A stretch of 54,656 nt of DNA from Leucoraja ocellata. Taxonomy: Eukaryota. A program made the position numbers and the translations under genes. The notes under the pieces are model-generated. The model saw nothing but the letters and a program-made list of their open reading frames with translations, searched no databases and had not been told where the DNA came from. Shown piece after piece: positions 35,501 to 47,392 of the stretch; the first letter of the stretch is position 1; each line of letters starts with the position of its first letter. Location of the stretch: the NCBI GenBank assembly GCA_036785375.1, contig JAWMAR010004301.1, positions 1-54,656 on the forward strand. Reading direction: 5' to 3'.

Positions 35501-37078
35501 TACGCCTTCAGAAATTTGACTCCAACATTTGGCCGGACGCTCTCGAAAAATGTACAAAGTGCTTCGAAAGCAATCCTTGTGAAACTGGACTGTGGAAATT
35601 GCATCTGTGAAAGCTATCGTACATTCAAAGGAAATCAGCCCGGGCTAGGGTATCGGGATGTAAGTGTTGCAGCGTTCAATGAGCACGTTTGACAGATCAG
35701 AGTTCACGAAAAAGCAAGCAGCCTATTAATCTAGCCATGTGAAGATTTCCGCTAATATAATTTGAAGGGGATTTGCTGATTGTAGATGATTAGGAGAATC
35801 GACAGTCCGCAATTTCCATGCAATCACACGTTTTTAGCCCTAGTTTTTGACCATGTCACTAATCACCTCTGCAGAGCTACAAGTTTGGGATCTATACATT
35901 TGCGAAGTGAATATATTGCATTTAGGATACAAATCGTCCCAAGCCCTCTCTGCAAATCATCCATGAATCAAGAAACTTTTCTGACAGCCTCTTAGTTCTT
36001 GGGTGTCTGATTTCATTTGGCTCTATTGTTGTTCAGTAAATCTGGATGTAGGCCCGAACTTTGTAACTTCAGCATTTATCAATTTGGGAGGTTAACTGTG
36101 GTTGCAGACTCTGTTTTGCCACATTCTTGACTCTGGGCTTTTAACATTGATTCGATTTCAGTTTACTACAGCAATCTAAGGTTTCCATCTAAAGGCAAGG
36201 AAAATACATTTTGGAAAATTTAATTTATAACTTAGAAAAGGCCAAAGCCTCATTAGGCCAAATCAAATTAATATTGTGCTTTTTGGCACAATCTTTCTAA
36301 CTTAAAAAATGGATTGATTTCTTGAGTGGGTGGGATTGTTTAACTGAAGGGTAACGTGGAAAGCCATGTTCATCTCGGCTTCAGCCAGCAGCAGGGAAAA
36401 ATCCCAGGAATTGAAAAAGATCTCATTCAGGGGAGACACAATGATTCAATTATAAAGGAAGGTGAGGCCAGAGTTTAAAACTGTCCTGATTTCAATGCAA
36501 CAATCTGACAACATCACCAGAGCGCTAGGCAGTTGGGTACGACGCATCCGTGAAATAAAGTACATTGGAGCTGTAACAAGGGAAAAATACATTCAATGAG
36601 AATGGAAGCAAAGAGGCAGAGTAAGCCAAACCCAAGCCTGAATTTTGAGGACGGCTGCCAGTTAATTATTCCACAGGCCAGACGTCTTTGATTCTCACAC
36701 TTGTTTGTGGGAATGGATGCGGTTCAACTTTTTCTTACCGAGACACTCATTACTATCAAGCGATTAGCCTGTTGCTTCCAATTTATTTACTTACATTAAT
36801 TTTCTGGTCATTGAAGGAATTCTATGTTAACTAATGGAATGAGCCATTTTGCAACACTTGAGCCAAGTCATTCCACTTCTTTAATAGATTCTATTTTAGT
36901 TTTGTGTAACATTTAGTTTTTAGTAGGTGTTCCTCTCAAATGCACTGTCCAACAGAAGGCCTTTGATAAGGGGCCACACGTGAGGCTGCTAAACAAGATG
37001 AGAGCCCATCTAATAGAGGGAAGATACTAGCATGGATAGAAGATTGACCGAATGACAGAAGGCAGTAAGTGGGAATTT

Positions 37079-37579
37079 AAGGGGCTGTCCCACTTGGGCG
37101 ACCTAATCCGCCAGTTCTGGCGAGTTTGCCCTCGACTCATAGTCACAGCATGGTCGACACGAGGTCGTAGGAGGTTTTTGTAACTCAGCTCAATGCTCAA
37201 GAGTAGTCCCCGTGTACTCGAGGCCTCAGCTAGGTCGCGGCGTATTTTTCAACATGTTGAAAATTGCCCGCAAGTAAAAAAAGGTTGCATAGAAAAAATC
37301 GATACTTTTTTTACTCGTAGGTTTAGTCGTAGTAGGTCGGCAAGTTAGCCGTAGGTAATCGAGGGTAGTCGAAGGTAGTCATAGATAGTTTTCATCATAT
37401 TCAAAGGGAGGTCGTCTTCACTCTGTATTATTCGGTGTCCTATTTTCCCGAAGTTAGTCGTAGCTAGTTGAAGCTAGTCTTCTACATAGTCAAAGGAGGT
37501 CTCCAACATGACATTTTTTAAAACTTTCCTAAACTCTTCTAAACTCGCCAATTAGGTCGCCCAAGTGGGACAGCCCCTT
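37079..37579. mobile_element. MITE / non-autonomous DNA transposon (probably PIF/Harbinger)
   Basis: Perfect 29-bp inverted ends AAGGGGCTGTCCCACTTGGGCGACCTAAT; no coding capacity; TSD not clean. Confidence 0.85.
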
Positions 37580-37597
37580 GCTGGTTGGCTGCCAGCG

Positions 37598-38146
37598 ATA
37601 GACATAGAAACATAGAAACATAGAAAATAGGTGCAGGAGTAGGCCATTCAGCCCTTCGAGCCTGCACCGCCATTCAATATGATCATGACTGATCATCCAA
37701 CTTAGTATCCTGTACCTGCCTTCTCCCCATACCCCCTGATCACTTTAGCCACAAGGGCCACATCTAACTCTCTCTTAATTATAGCCAATGAACTGGCCTC
37801 AACTACCTTCTGTGGCAGAGAATTCCAGAGATTCACCACTCTCTGTATGAAAAAAGTTTTTCTCATCTCGGTCCTAAAAGATTTCCCCCTTATCCTTAAA
37901 CTGTGACCCCTTATTCTGGACTTCCCCAACATCGGGAACAATCTTCCTGCATCTAGTCTGTCCAACCCCTTAAGAATTTTGTAAGTTTCTATAAGATCCC
38001 CCCTCAATCTTCTAAATTCTAGTGAGTGCAAGCTGAGTCCATCCTGTCTTTCTTCATATGAAAGTCCTTCCATCCCAGAAATCAGTCTGGTGAACCTTCT
38101 CTGTACTCCCTCTATGGCAACAATGTCTGTCTTCAGATTAGGAGAT
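37598..38146 (-). mobile_element. Young CR1 3' fragment
   Basis: ORF 37702-38073 LSYEER...LEFRRLRGDLIETYKILKG...GHSLRIRG; (CATAGAAA)n tail. Confidence 0.93.
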
Positions 38147-38464
38147 TAATAATGTTCTGCAGGGGTCAGTGTTGGGTCCGGGACTTTCCGCGTTATATAT
38201 TGGTGATTTGGATGATGGAATTGAGGGCTTTGTTGCAAAGATTGTGGATGATATGAATATATGTGGAGAAGCTGTTAGTGTGGAGGAAGCAAAAGTTCTG
38301 CAGAAGGTCTTGGACACGTTGGGAGAGTGGGCACAGAAGTGACAGATGGAATACAGTGCAGCAAAGTACGCAGTCATGCACTTTGGTAGTAGGGATAAAG
38401 GCCTAGACTATTTTCCACATTTCGGAGAGGATTCGGAAATCAGAGATGCTGGTGTAGTATTTCC

Positions 38465-38668
38465 TAAAGGCTGATTTGCAGGTTGAATCTGCAGTAAGGA
38501 AGGCAAATGCAATGTTACCATTCATTTCGAGAGGACTAGAATATAAAAGCAGGGAGGTAATGTTGAGGCTTTGTAGGGCACTGCTTTTATATTCTAGTCC
38601 TCTCGAAATGAATGGTAACATTGCATTTGCCTTCCTTACTGCAGATTCAACCTGCAAATCAGCCTTTA
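38465..38668. repeat. Perfect 88-bp inverted duplication with 28-bp spacer
   Basis: 38465-38552 is the exact reverse complement of 38581-38668; ORFs on both strands start MQVESAVRKANAMLPFISRGLEYKS. Confidence 0.97.
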
Positions 38669-38709
38669 TCTTTCATGAAACATTCATGTTGACTAGATTT
38701 GATTATATT

Positions 38710-39257
38710 CAGTACAGTTTTGGTCTCCTAATCTGAGGAAGGACATTCTTGCCATAGAGGGAGTACAGAGAAGGTTCACCAGACTGATTCCTGGGATGTC
38801 AGGACTTTCATATGAAGAAAGACTGGATAGACTCGGCTTGTACTCGCTGGAATTTAGAAGATTGAGGGGGGATCTTGTAGAAACAAACAAAATTCTTAAG
38901 TGGTTTGACAGGCTAGATGCAGGAAGATTGTTCCCGATGTTGGGGAAGTCCAGAACAAGGGGTCACAGTTTAAGGATAAGGGGGAAATCTTTTAGGACTG
39001 AGATGAGGAAAACATTTTTCACACATAGTGGTGAATCTCTGGAATTCTCTGCCACAGAAGGTAGTTGAGGCCAGTTCATTGGCTATATTTAAGAGGGTTA
39101 GATGTGGCCCTTGTGGCTAAAGGGATCGGGGGGTATGGAGAGACGGTAGGTACAGGATACTGAGTTGGATGATCAGCCATGATCATATTGAATGGCGGTG
39201 CAGGCTCGAAGGGCCGAATGGCCTACACCTGCGCCTAATTTCTATGTTTCTATGTTT
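38710..39257 (+). mobile_element. Young CR1 3' end
   Basis: VQFWSPNLRKDI..., ORF 38796-39068, tail (TTTCTATG)n. Confidence 0.93.
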
Positions 39258-39767
39258 CCTAAATGGTTAGCTATTTCCTCTACAATTATTGACGATAGCA
39301 TCTTGAGAATCATCGATGTTAAACTAATCCTACACCCCAAGATGTTTTTTCTCTCTCTCATTACCAGAACACCATGGATGCAGAGCGTATTATGTACAAG
39401 ATACAACGCTGTGACTCATGATGGTTTCCTCAAAGACACCTCACAAACTGTAGGTATAGTTTTCTCAGCTTGAAATGGAATAAACAGATTCTAGAAATGC
39501 TGCTAATATCATGATACTCGGAACACAATAGAGTCATTGTTGATAAATGGTGCTGGCATCGAGGCATTTGCTGACAAGCATGTTTTTTTAAAGACAAATG
39601 ATGTTTAACTAACTATTGAGCAACAGAGGAGAAATGAGGGAAATATAAATACGTATATGGAAATACAGTTTTTGTAATCATCAAGACTGAGGGCGATAAA
39701 TAAAAAGAGTTTGGAGCAGCCTTGGAAGAAAATTGGCCATGTAAAAGGAAACATAGAGTAGCTGTGG

Positions 39768-39860
39768 AAGGTAGACAAAAAATGCTGGTGAAACTCAGCG
39801 GGTGAGGCAGCATCTATGGAGAGAAGGAATTGGCGACATTTCGGGTTGAGACCATTCTCC
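39768..39860 (-). mobile_element. Short Penelope-type element
   Basis: AAACTCAGCGGGTGAGGCAGCATCTATGGAGAGAAGGAAT..GCGACATTTCGGGTTGAGACC. Confidence 0.7.
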
Positions 39861-40149
39861 AGCTGCGGAAGATTGGATTGGAGGGAAGTGTACAAATGAA
39901 TTCCTCGTAGGCCAGTACAAAGAAATATTAATCATTTATACTCGAGGTAACAGCAGACAATTTGGAAGTGACATAATACTTGGAGATAGAGTGGATTGCG
40001 AGGAGGATAGTAATAGGTTTAAAGGAGATATACGGTGGATAGATAGCAGATGTGATTCAATAATTAGAAAAGTGTCATGTGACATTTTTGTAGGAGAAAT
40101 GAGAAGAGGCGCACAATACGTTGAGGTGAAGACATACGGTTCACATTAG

Positions 40150-40320
40150 GGATCTTTGATCTATCTTTAATCGGAGTTTATCATGAACTAAATGTCTGTG
40201 CACTGTGGGCGGTTTGATTGCAATCATGTATACTATTATTTTTTACTGGTTAGCACGCAAACAGTAGCTTTTCACTGTACCTTGGTGCATGTGACAATAA
40301 TTAAACTAAGCTAAACAAAA
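40150..40320 (+). mobile_element. Rex1-like 3'UTR
   Basis: TTTCACTGTACCTTGGTGCATGTGACAATAA tail; related piece at 50120-50250. Confidence 0.55.
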
Positions 40321-40826
40321 CTGTACTGAAGCAAGATACATCTGCAACAGACAGTACCAATGTAGAAGGTGAGACTGCGTGCATTCTGGATACTGCTTGT
40401 TCTCTACCAAGGGTTTGTTGTTTATACAATTACCAAAGAGCCTGAATCAAGTGCAGATTCAGGTGGCTGCTTTAAGGGAGGACTGCATTACAATGTGGAT
40501 GCAGCTCAAATGCTCCAAAGATCCTGTGAGAGATATCACAGTGTGGATTTACTGATGTCGACCCAATACAGTGCAGCGGAAGGCGAACAGGAGCAAGTGA
40601 AAACTGTTATGTTGGGACCAAGACCCTCAGACACAATCCATAAAGGGAAATGCTGTATGGATGATTGTGTGCCTTTGAAGGGAAAAAAATGAAAGGTTCC
40701 ATTGTCAGCAGGAAATGAGAGTGGAAGTCAGGAAGCAACACAGTGTGAAAGCAATGCATAAATATGCAGAACCTTAAAATGTAACCAACGTAGATGGTAT
40801 TATAACTGAGCGGGTGACTTCAGTAA

Positions 40827-41268
40827 AGGGCCTGTCCCACGAGCATGCGACTCCATGCGGCAAGCGCGACCTAAAGGGCCTGTCCCACCAGCATGCGCCT
40901 GCACGCGGCAAGTGCAACCAAACCAGAAGCGGGGGCCGCGCGGAGGTCGAGTGAGTGACATGAAGTTCGAGCGAAGTCCGCGGGAAGTTCGTGCGTGACA
41001 TACGCCGTTGAGGTGGCTGCGGGCTGGCAGGCCGTTGGCGCGCAGAATTTTTGAACACGGTCAGTTTTTCGGAGCCCCGTGCGATATCGGGACCAGCTCC
41101 GCACAACTCCATACGGCTCCGGCGATCGAAGTGGGACCAGCGCCACGAGGCCATACGGCTCAAGCGACCACGTTAGGTCGCGCTTGTCGCATGCAGGCGC
41201 ATCCTGGTGGGACCGGCCCTTTAGGTCGCGCTTTCCGCATGGAGTTGCATGCTGGTGGGACAGGCCCT
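40827..41268. mobile_element. PIF/Harbinger-type MITE with doubled TIRs
   Basis: TAA TSD (40824-40826, 41269-41271); ends AGGGCCTGTCCCAC...GTGGGACAGGCCCT; ~47-bp terminal unit present twice at each end. Confidence 0.9.
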
Positions 41269-41992
41269 TAATGCACCAAATACAATGTAGAACCTGAGCT
41301 CCAATAGTAATTAATAGTTACAAAGTCAAATTGCTCTGCCATTTGCTTCAGTAAGTAACAACACCCAATAATCTACAGATACAATGAGCTTCTTATCAAA
41401 ACGAAGCAAATTGCATTGATGTCATTGAAAAGAGTGACCCATTCTCTGAGCACAACACCGAAACAGAAAACCATGGGAGCACATATTATTCCACAGAGTT
41501 TGCCATATTGTCATGTCCTTGATATAAATAGTCTCTGTGTATCACAGCTGAGATACGTTGTTATTAAAAACAACATCCTCCAGGAACGATTAGTGTTTGG
41601 CCTGACTGTAAAAGAGCATTTTTAAATGAACTACTAAATAGGTGACATACTTGCACAATAAGTTTCATGTGTTAGATGGAAAATTGAGAAATGGAGATTG
41701 GAAGACACCTGTTTCCCATTTCCCTTCCATATGAATTTATGTGTGCGTGACTTGCCTTAAAAAAATTTCGACTAGAACCATTTATGTTGAAGCCCAGCGT
41801 GGGCTTTACCACATTGCGGTATGAATGATTGTTATGCTATCTTAAAATGTCGTAGCCATGTGCTACACAAGTGTATTTCATCGAAAAGAGTGCCACGATT
41901 GAACAAAAATCCAAAACAATGTCATAATTATGAGTTGGCTTTGCATATTAACTCAATTGCAGAGCAATACAACCATAAATATGCATTTGTGA

Positions 41993-42294
41993 TTTAGTTT
42001 AGTTTAGTTTAGTTTGGTTTAGAAGTGCGGAAACACCCTACAGAGCGCACATTGCCAACCAGCACATTAACACTATCCTACACACACTCGGGACAATTTA
42101 TAACTTTACCAAAGCCAATGAACCTACAATCCTGTACGTCTTTGGAGTGCAGGAGGAAACCGGAGTTCCCAGGGAAAGCCCACGCATGCCACGGGGAGAA
42201 AGTACAAACTCCGTACAGACAGCAACTGTAGTCAGCATCGAACCCGGGTCTCTGGCGCTGTAAGGCAGCAACTCTACCGCTGCGCCACCGTGCT
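41993..42294 (-). mobile_element. V-SINE
   Basis: (TTTAG)n tail, V domain, well-preserved head. Confidence 0.9.
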
Positions 42295-42502
42295 GCATTT
42301 GTACTGACTGTTAACGTAAATACAAAAAAACAAAGATTACCTACATTAAGAAAGTCTTAATAGAAATACCAATGATATAGTACATCATAAAGAACTCACA
42401 GCTGACATTCAATGAAGCATAGGATTTTGTCAAGACCAGTTTCTAAACGCCTGAAATTTACACCAATTCCAACTAACTTCTCCAGACTGTAAAGAAAGAC
42501 TT

Positions 42503-42800
42503 TACTTTAGAGATACAGCGTGAAACATGTCCTTCTGCCCACCATGGCCGTGCCAACCAGCGATCACCCGGTACACTTGCACTATCCTACGCACTAGGGA
42601 CAATTTACAATTTTACCAAAGCCAATTAACCTACAAACCTGCACGTTTTTGAAGTGTGGGAGGAAACCGGAGTAGCTGGTGAAAACTGACGCGGTCAAAG
42701 GGAGAACGTTCAAAGTCCGTACAGACAGCAGCCATAGTCAGGATGGAACCCGGGTCTCTGTCGCTGCAAGGCAGCAACTCTACCGCTGCACCACCGTTCC
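42503..42800 (-). mobile_element. V-SINE
   Basis: TTAGAGATACAGCG tail, V domain, head GCAGCAACTCTACCGCTGCACCACCG. Confidence 0.9.
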
Positions 42801-43107
42801 GCCTGTAATAACGTGACTTGTGAAGGTGCAATGCAACACCTACAGCAGATGTAAGGTGTTTACAGCAAGCTACACATGAATATCCCAACGTTGCTGTCAA
42901 TTCCATGTAGTAGTAATGGCAGTAGACACATGTTTCAGCATCATTACCATTTCCAATCATTCAGTCGGTCCGTTTCACCCCATGAAGAAAGGGTTGGAGT
43001 ACATTTTCACCATTGCCATCCCATTCCAATTCCTCAATAAGATGGGCATTTTTCTCCAACAATTTAAACCTAAATTGGACGGACACTACAAGTAGACAAT
43101 GGATCAC

Positions 43108-43432
43108 AGCAGAAGGGTCTCGGCCCGAAACGTCACCCATTCCGTCACTCTCCAGAGATGCTGCCTGTCCCGCTGAGTTGCTCCAGCATTTTGTGTCTAT
43201 CTTCCGAGTAAACCAGCATCCTCAGTTACACAAAAATGCTGGAGAAACTCAGCGGGTGCAGCAGCATCTATGGAGCGAAGGAAATAGGCAACGTTTCGTC
43301 CCGAAACGTTGCCTATTTCCTTCGCTCCATAGATGCTGCTGCACCCGTTGAGTTTCTCCAGCATTTTTGTGCACCTTCGATTTTCCAGCATCTGCAGTTC
43401 CTTCTTAAACAGCATCTGCAGTTCCTTCCTCA
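43108..43432. mobile_element. Penelope-type element with a nested second-subfamily palindrome (43229-43371)
   Basis: GAAGGGTCTCGGCCCGAAACGTCACC at ~43111; 70-bp arms with 3-nt loop and one mismatch. Confidence 0.8.
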
Positions 43433-43547
43433 ACATGACATCAGTTTATTCTGCTAATTAATCTAATACAAAAAGGACAGTGTGATTCTAGTGCAGCCAG
43501 TGCTATCTCCACTCTTGATTCTCTGCATGAATCACCAACGACCCAAC

Positions 43548-43835
43548 ATTTAGTTTCGCTTAGAGATACCCCATGGAACAGTTCCTATGGTCCATTGAAT
43601 CCAGACCAACAATCGACCACCCATTCACACTCGTTCTATGTTATCCTATTTTATCATCCACTCCTTACACACTATGGACAATTTTTATAGAGGCCAATAA
43701 ATCTATGAACCTTGCATGTCTTTGGTATGTGGGTGGAAACCGGCGCACCTGCAGAAGAAACTCACGCAGTCACATGAAGAACGTGCAAACTCCACACAGA
43801 CAGCACAAAAGGTCAGGATTGAACCCAGATCCCTG
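43548..43835 (-). mobile_element. Older V-SINE
   Basis: GGAAACCGGCGCACC, GAACGTGCAAACTCCACACAGACAGCAC, GGATTGAACCC. Confidence 0.8.
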
Positions 43836-43990
43836 AATCCAGCAAGGATAACACAGGTGACAATTTACCAGCAGCCAAGGCCCCATAGGAGTCCCGCTGC
43901 TGATGAATTGGATGAGAAGATCAATGGACAAGGCTTGAGACGACGGTTGAAAAACAAAAGGAAAACTGCCTGAAAGAATTGCATTAGTGA

Positions 43991-44136
43991 NNNNNNNNNN
44001 NNNNNNNNNNNNNNNNNNNNNNNNNNNNNNNNNNNNNNNNNNNNNNNNNNNNNNNNNNNNNNNNNNNNNNNNNNNNNNNNNNNNNNNNNNNNNNNNNNNN
44101 NNNNNNNNNNNNNNNNNNNNNNNNNNNNNNNNNNNN
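43991..44136. other. Assembly gap
   Basis: Run of N. Confidence 1.
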
Positions 44137-44329
44137 CATGGTACAATGAAATTTAAAAGTCAATCCCACGGTGCGATTCACAACAGTTTAAATATATAAG
44201 ATAAGGTAAAAATACATACATATAATAAAAAAATTAAAAAATTACAGATAAATAACAATAGCAGCTGAGGTAGAGCCATTCAGTTGAATGTGAGTGTTAT
44301 TTCTTATTTTGCATTATTAAGTTCACGTA

Positions 44330-44425
44330 TGGCTATGGGGTAGAAGCTGTCTCTGAGTCTGTTTGTGCGAGTTTTGAAAGACCTGTACCGTCTGCCAGAG
44401 GGCAGCAGGTGGAACAGGTTGTGTC
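44330..44425 (-). mobile_element. Rex1-like fragment
   Basis: Minus strand encodes HNLFHLLPSGRRYRSFKTRTNRLRDSFYPIAI. Confidence 0.8.
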
Positions 44426-44963
44426 CTTAGTATAACACAATCAGTAGAGAGAGAAACAGAGTCACCATTTCTGGTTGATGATGCTGATGAAGGGAAACAG
44501 AGGTAATGTCTCCAATCAATGTTAACTTCATCAGGGTTATCAGCCTGAAATGCTGAGTCTGCTTGTTTCTTCATCGATGCCGCCTGACCAGGTGAGTATT
44601 GATAACATGGTCTGTTTTTCTAGCACAAGAAGAGTGTTGATGTGTATAACCATTGCAATTGGATTTGGTGGAGATTTTTAGGTGGTAATCAACATTAGTG
44701 ATGGAATCCAGGGCATGGAGCAAATCTTTCCAGCTTGATATTTCTGGTCATCTCCATCTACACAATTGTAACCAAGTCCATAGAATATCCTCACAAATGT
44801 TGTCAGTGTATCGTTTTTGAAGTTATCAGGTAGAGGTTAAACATTTTTAACGTGGTAGCTGCTATGTTCTTGACTTGCATTGACTTTACTGTGAACAGAG
44901 TTTGGAAGTTAGAGCAGTGAGGACTGAAGCAGGTTCTGATCACAGAGTCCACGCTCAACATGT

Positions 44964-45274
44964 TGGGGCAGCGGTAGAGTTGCTGCCTTGCAGCGCTTAT
45001 AGAGCCAGGGACCCGGGTTCGATCCTGGGTACGGGTGCTTGACTGTACGGAGTTTGTACGTTCTCCCCGTGACCGCGTGGGTTTTCTCTGAGAACTTCTG
45101 TTTCCTACCACACTTCAAAGACGTACAGGTTTGTAGGTTAATTGCTTTGCTATATATGTAAAAATTGTTCCTAGTGTAGGATAGTGTTAATGTGTGGGGA
45201 TCGCTGGTTGGCGTCAACTCAGTGGGCCGAAGGCACTGTTTCCGCACTGTATCTCTAAACTAAATTAAACTAAA
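44964..45274 (+). mobile_element. V-SINE
   Basis: GCAGCGGTAGAGTTGC, GGGTTCGATCC, V domain, tail. Confidence 0.9.
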
Positions 45275-45504
45275 TGCGTAATATGGAGGGCTGAAAGGAG
45301 ACAGAAGGTAATAAATGGAAACATATCACATTTGCTTAAATGAGCTGTTAGATTAGTGGAAGACAGTTCCCAAATATTAAACATGTCTTATGAGCATGTA
45401 TAGAAGTGAGAATTTTATTTCTCTTTATTAATAAATCTATTATTTGAGATTTTATTATGGATCTGAATTTTGCTTCGTTTTGACAAAATAAACAAATTTG
45501 TTTT

Positions 45505-45890
45505 AATGACGAATATTAATTACACGTAATCAAAGCACGATTAGTAAGTTTGCAGACAGCGCTAAAGTGGGTGGTATTGCAGATAGTGAAGATGGTTGCC
45601 AAAAATTGCAGCAGGATCTCGATCAGTTGGGCAGGGTGGGCTGAGGAATGGTTGATGAAATTTAATACAGAAAAATGCGAGATGTTGCATTTGGAAAGTC
45701 TAACAAGAGCAGAATCTACACAGTGAATGGTAGGGCCCTGGGGAGTGTTGTGGAGCAGATGAATCTTGGAGTACAGCGTTCCTTGAAAATGGCATCACAG
45801 GTTGTTCGGGTGGTCAAAAGGCTTTTGGCACTTTGGTCTTCGTAAGTCTGAATATCGAGTATAGAAGTTGGGACGTCATGTTACAGTTAG
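45505..45890 (+). mobile_element. Decayed CR1 RT fragment
   Basis: ISKFADSAKVGG...LQQDLDQL...FNTEKCEMLH pattern with frameshifts. Confidence 0.8.
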
Positions 45891-46221
45891 ACTACATGGA
45901 TTAAAATTCAGCTGTTAACTTTCACCCAGAACAAGCTTGTGGGGTAGTCAGGCAGTAAATATACTGCATAGTGTGTGAATCGAGCCTGACAGTGCAGGAA
46001 GAGTCCAGAATAACACTGGTGGTCTGGGTTGAATTAGTCGATCACAGCTGGGCAATGGTAGGTGAGAGAAAGAGCTGAATAATCAATGGAGGGTTAGTGC
46101 TCACACGCCGAGAGTAGGGACCTCTGAGGAGAAATTCTGATGTGTGTGACAGAGAGTCAGTATCGCCCATGTTAGAACAATCTGCTCAAATTCACTGTTC
46201 TGGCTCATGAGAAGATCAACA

Positions 46222-46430
46222 ATCCAAGGGGTAACTTTTTCACACAAAAGGTGGTGGTGTATGGCACAAGCTGCCAGAGGAGGTATCCCATCGTTTAAGA
46301 AACAGTTAGACAGGCGCATGGATAGGACAGGTTTGGAAGGATATGGACCAAGTGCAGGCAAGTGGGACTTGTGTAGCTGGGTTGGGCCAAAGGGCCTGTT
46401 TCCACACTGTATCATTCCATGACTATGACT
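46222..46430 (+). mobile_element. CR1 3' end with internal deletions
   Basis: FKKQLDRRMDRTGLEGYGP; GGGCCAAAGGGCCTGTTTCCACACTGTATC. Confidence 0.85.
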
Positions 46431-47239
46431 AGTCGGACAAGTAGCAAATCAAGATGGTAGTTATTGGCCAGACGATACATGCATCTTTTGAGGCCTGAGA
46501 AATTAAAAAGCATTTTAGTGCATTCCAACGTTATTCCATTATTAATAAATGTTGCCTTCAGCGCATTAACAATTTCAAATCAGAAAATAACTAAGAGAAC
46601 CAAAAAAACTGTACTTCAACTGTCAAATAGTTCCTTCTTACCCACGGGTGCATTCTAATGCTCCTCCCTTAATCCATTCATCAAACATCAGCACTCCCCA
46701 ATAATTGGAAGAGTGCTTGTTCACATTGCGGTTTGTCCCTTTGAGGGTGGGCATTCAACTGCTTAGCTAGTTGCAAAATCTGGCAATAGATCAATAAAGT
46801 AACACTGGTGTATAAACTGACTCGTGTCACACTGTGAAAGGGAACAATATTGTTCTGGAAGCTGTTTAATTAAAGACTGAGATCTTTTGCAACATTTTCA
46901 AATGATGGTAATTTTCAAGACCATTTAGTTTTTGTAACCAGGTGTAATCTGCTTTACTTTGGTGCAAAATTCCTAACCCACTTGGGAAAGTGTTCAAATT
47001 CTTGCCATAACTGATTTGCAAATTCCACTACGTAATCATAAGAGATTAACTGCATGCAAACAAACATCAAGGAAGATTAATTTGCATTAGAAACATTGAG
47101 TGCTTTGGAATGTGGAGCCAGATCATGAGACCTGCCTGGGCAGCAATGGCTGTGACCCTTTCCACAAATTCAACCCATTCTACAAAACGAGAGATAACAA
47201 ACAGGATTTAGTTAAAGTTTCAAAGCTGGAAATGTTACT

Positions 47240-47392
47240 GTAGAAACGAGGAACTGCAGATACCGGTTTACAAAAGAAGACATAAAGTGCTGGAGTAACT
47301 CAGCGGTTCAGGCAACATCTCTGGAGAACACGTCACATATCCATGTTCTCCAGAGATGCTGGCTGGCCTGCTTTGTTACTCTGTGTATTCTT
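47240..47392. mobile_element. Short Penelope-type inverted pair (centre deleted)
   Basis: CATCTCTGGAGAACA / TGTTCTCCAGAGATG arms; another relic at 47545-47645. Confidence 0.7.

Larger units (their letters stand above)
36955..38710 (+). mobile_element. Decayed CR1 reverse-transcriptase region, multiply interrupted
   Basis: KAFDK at ~36957; 38151-38390 translates VLQGSVLGP..ALYIGDLDDGIEGFVAKIVDD...EWAQK*QMEY...VMHFG (premature stop, FADD decayed). Confidence 0.88.

Noticed and set aside
37702-39068. CR1 ORFs as functional genes
   Set aside because: 5'-truncated fragments; the upstream RT has a stop codon and a decayed catalytic motif
40774-41297. Overlapping ORFs of 72-129 aa
   Set aside because: Chance ORFs in a GC-rich palindromic MITE; no transposase motifs
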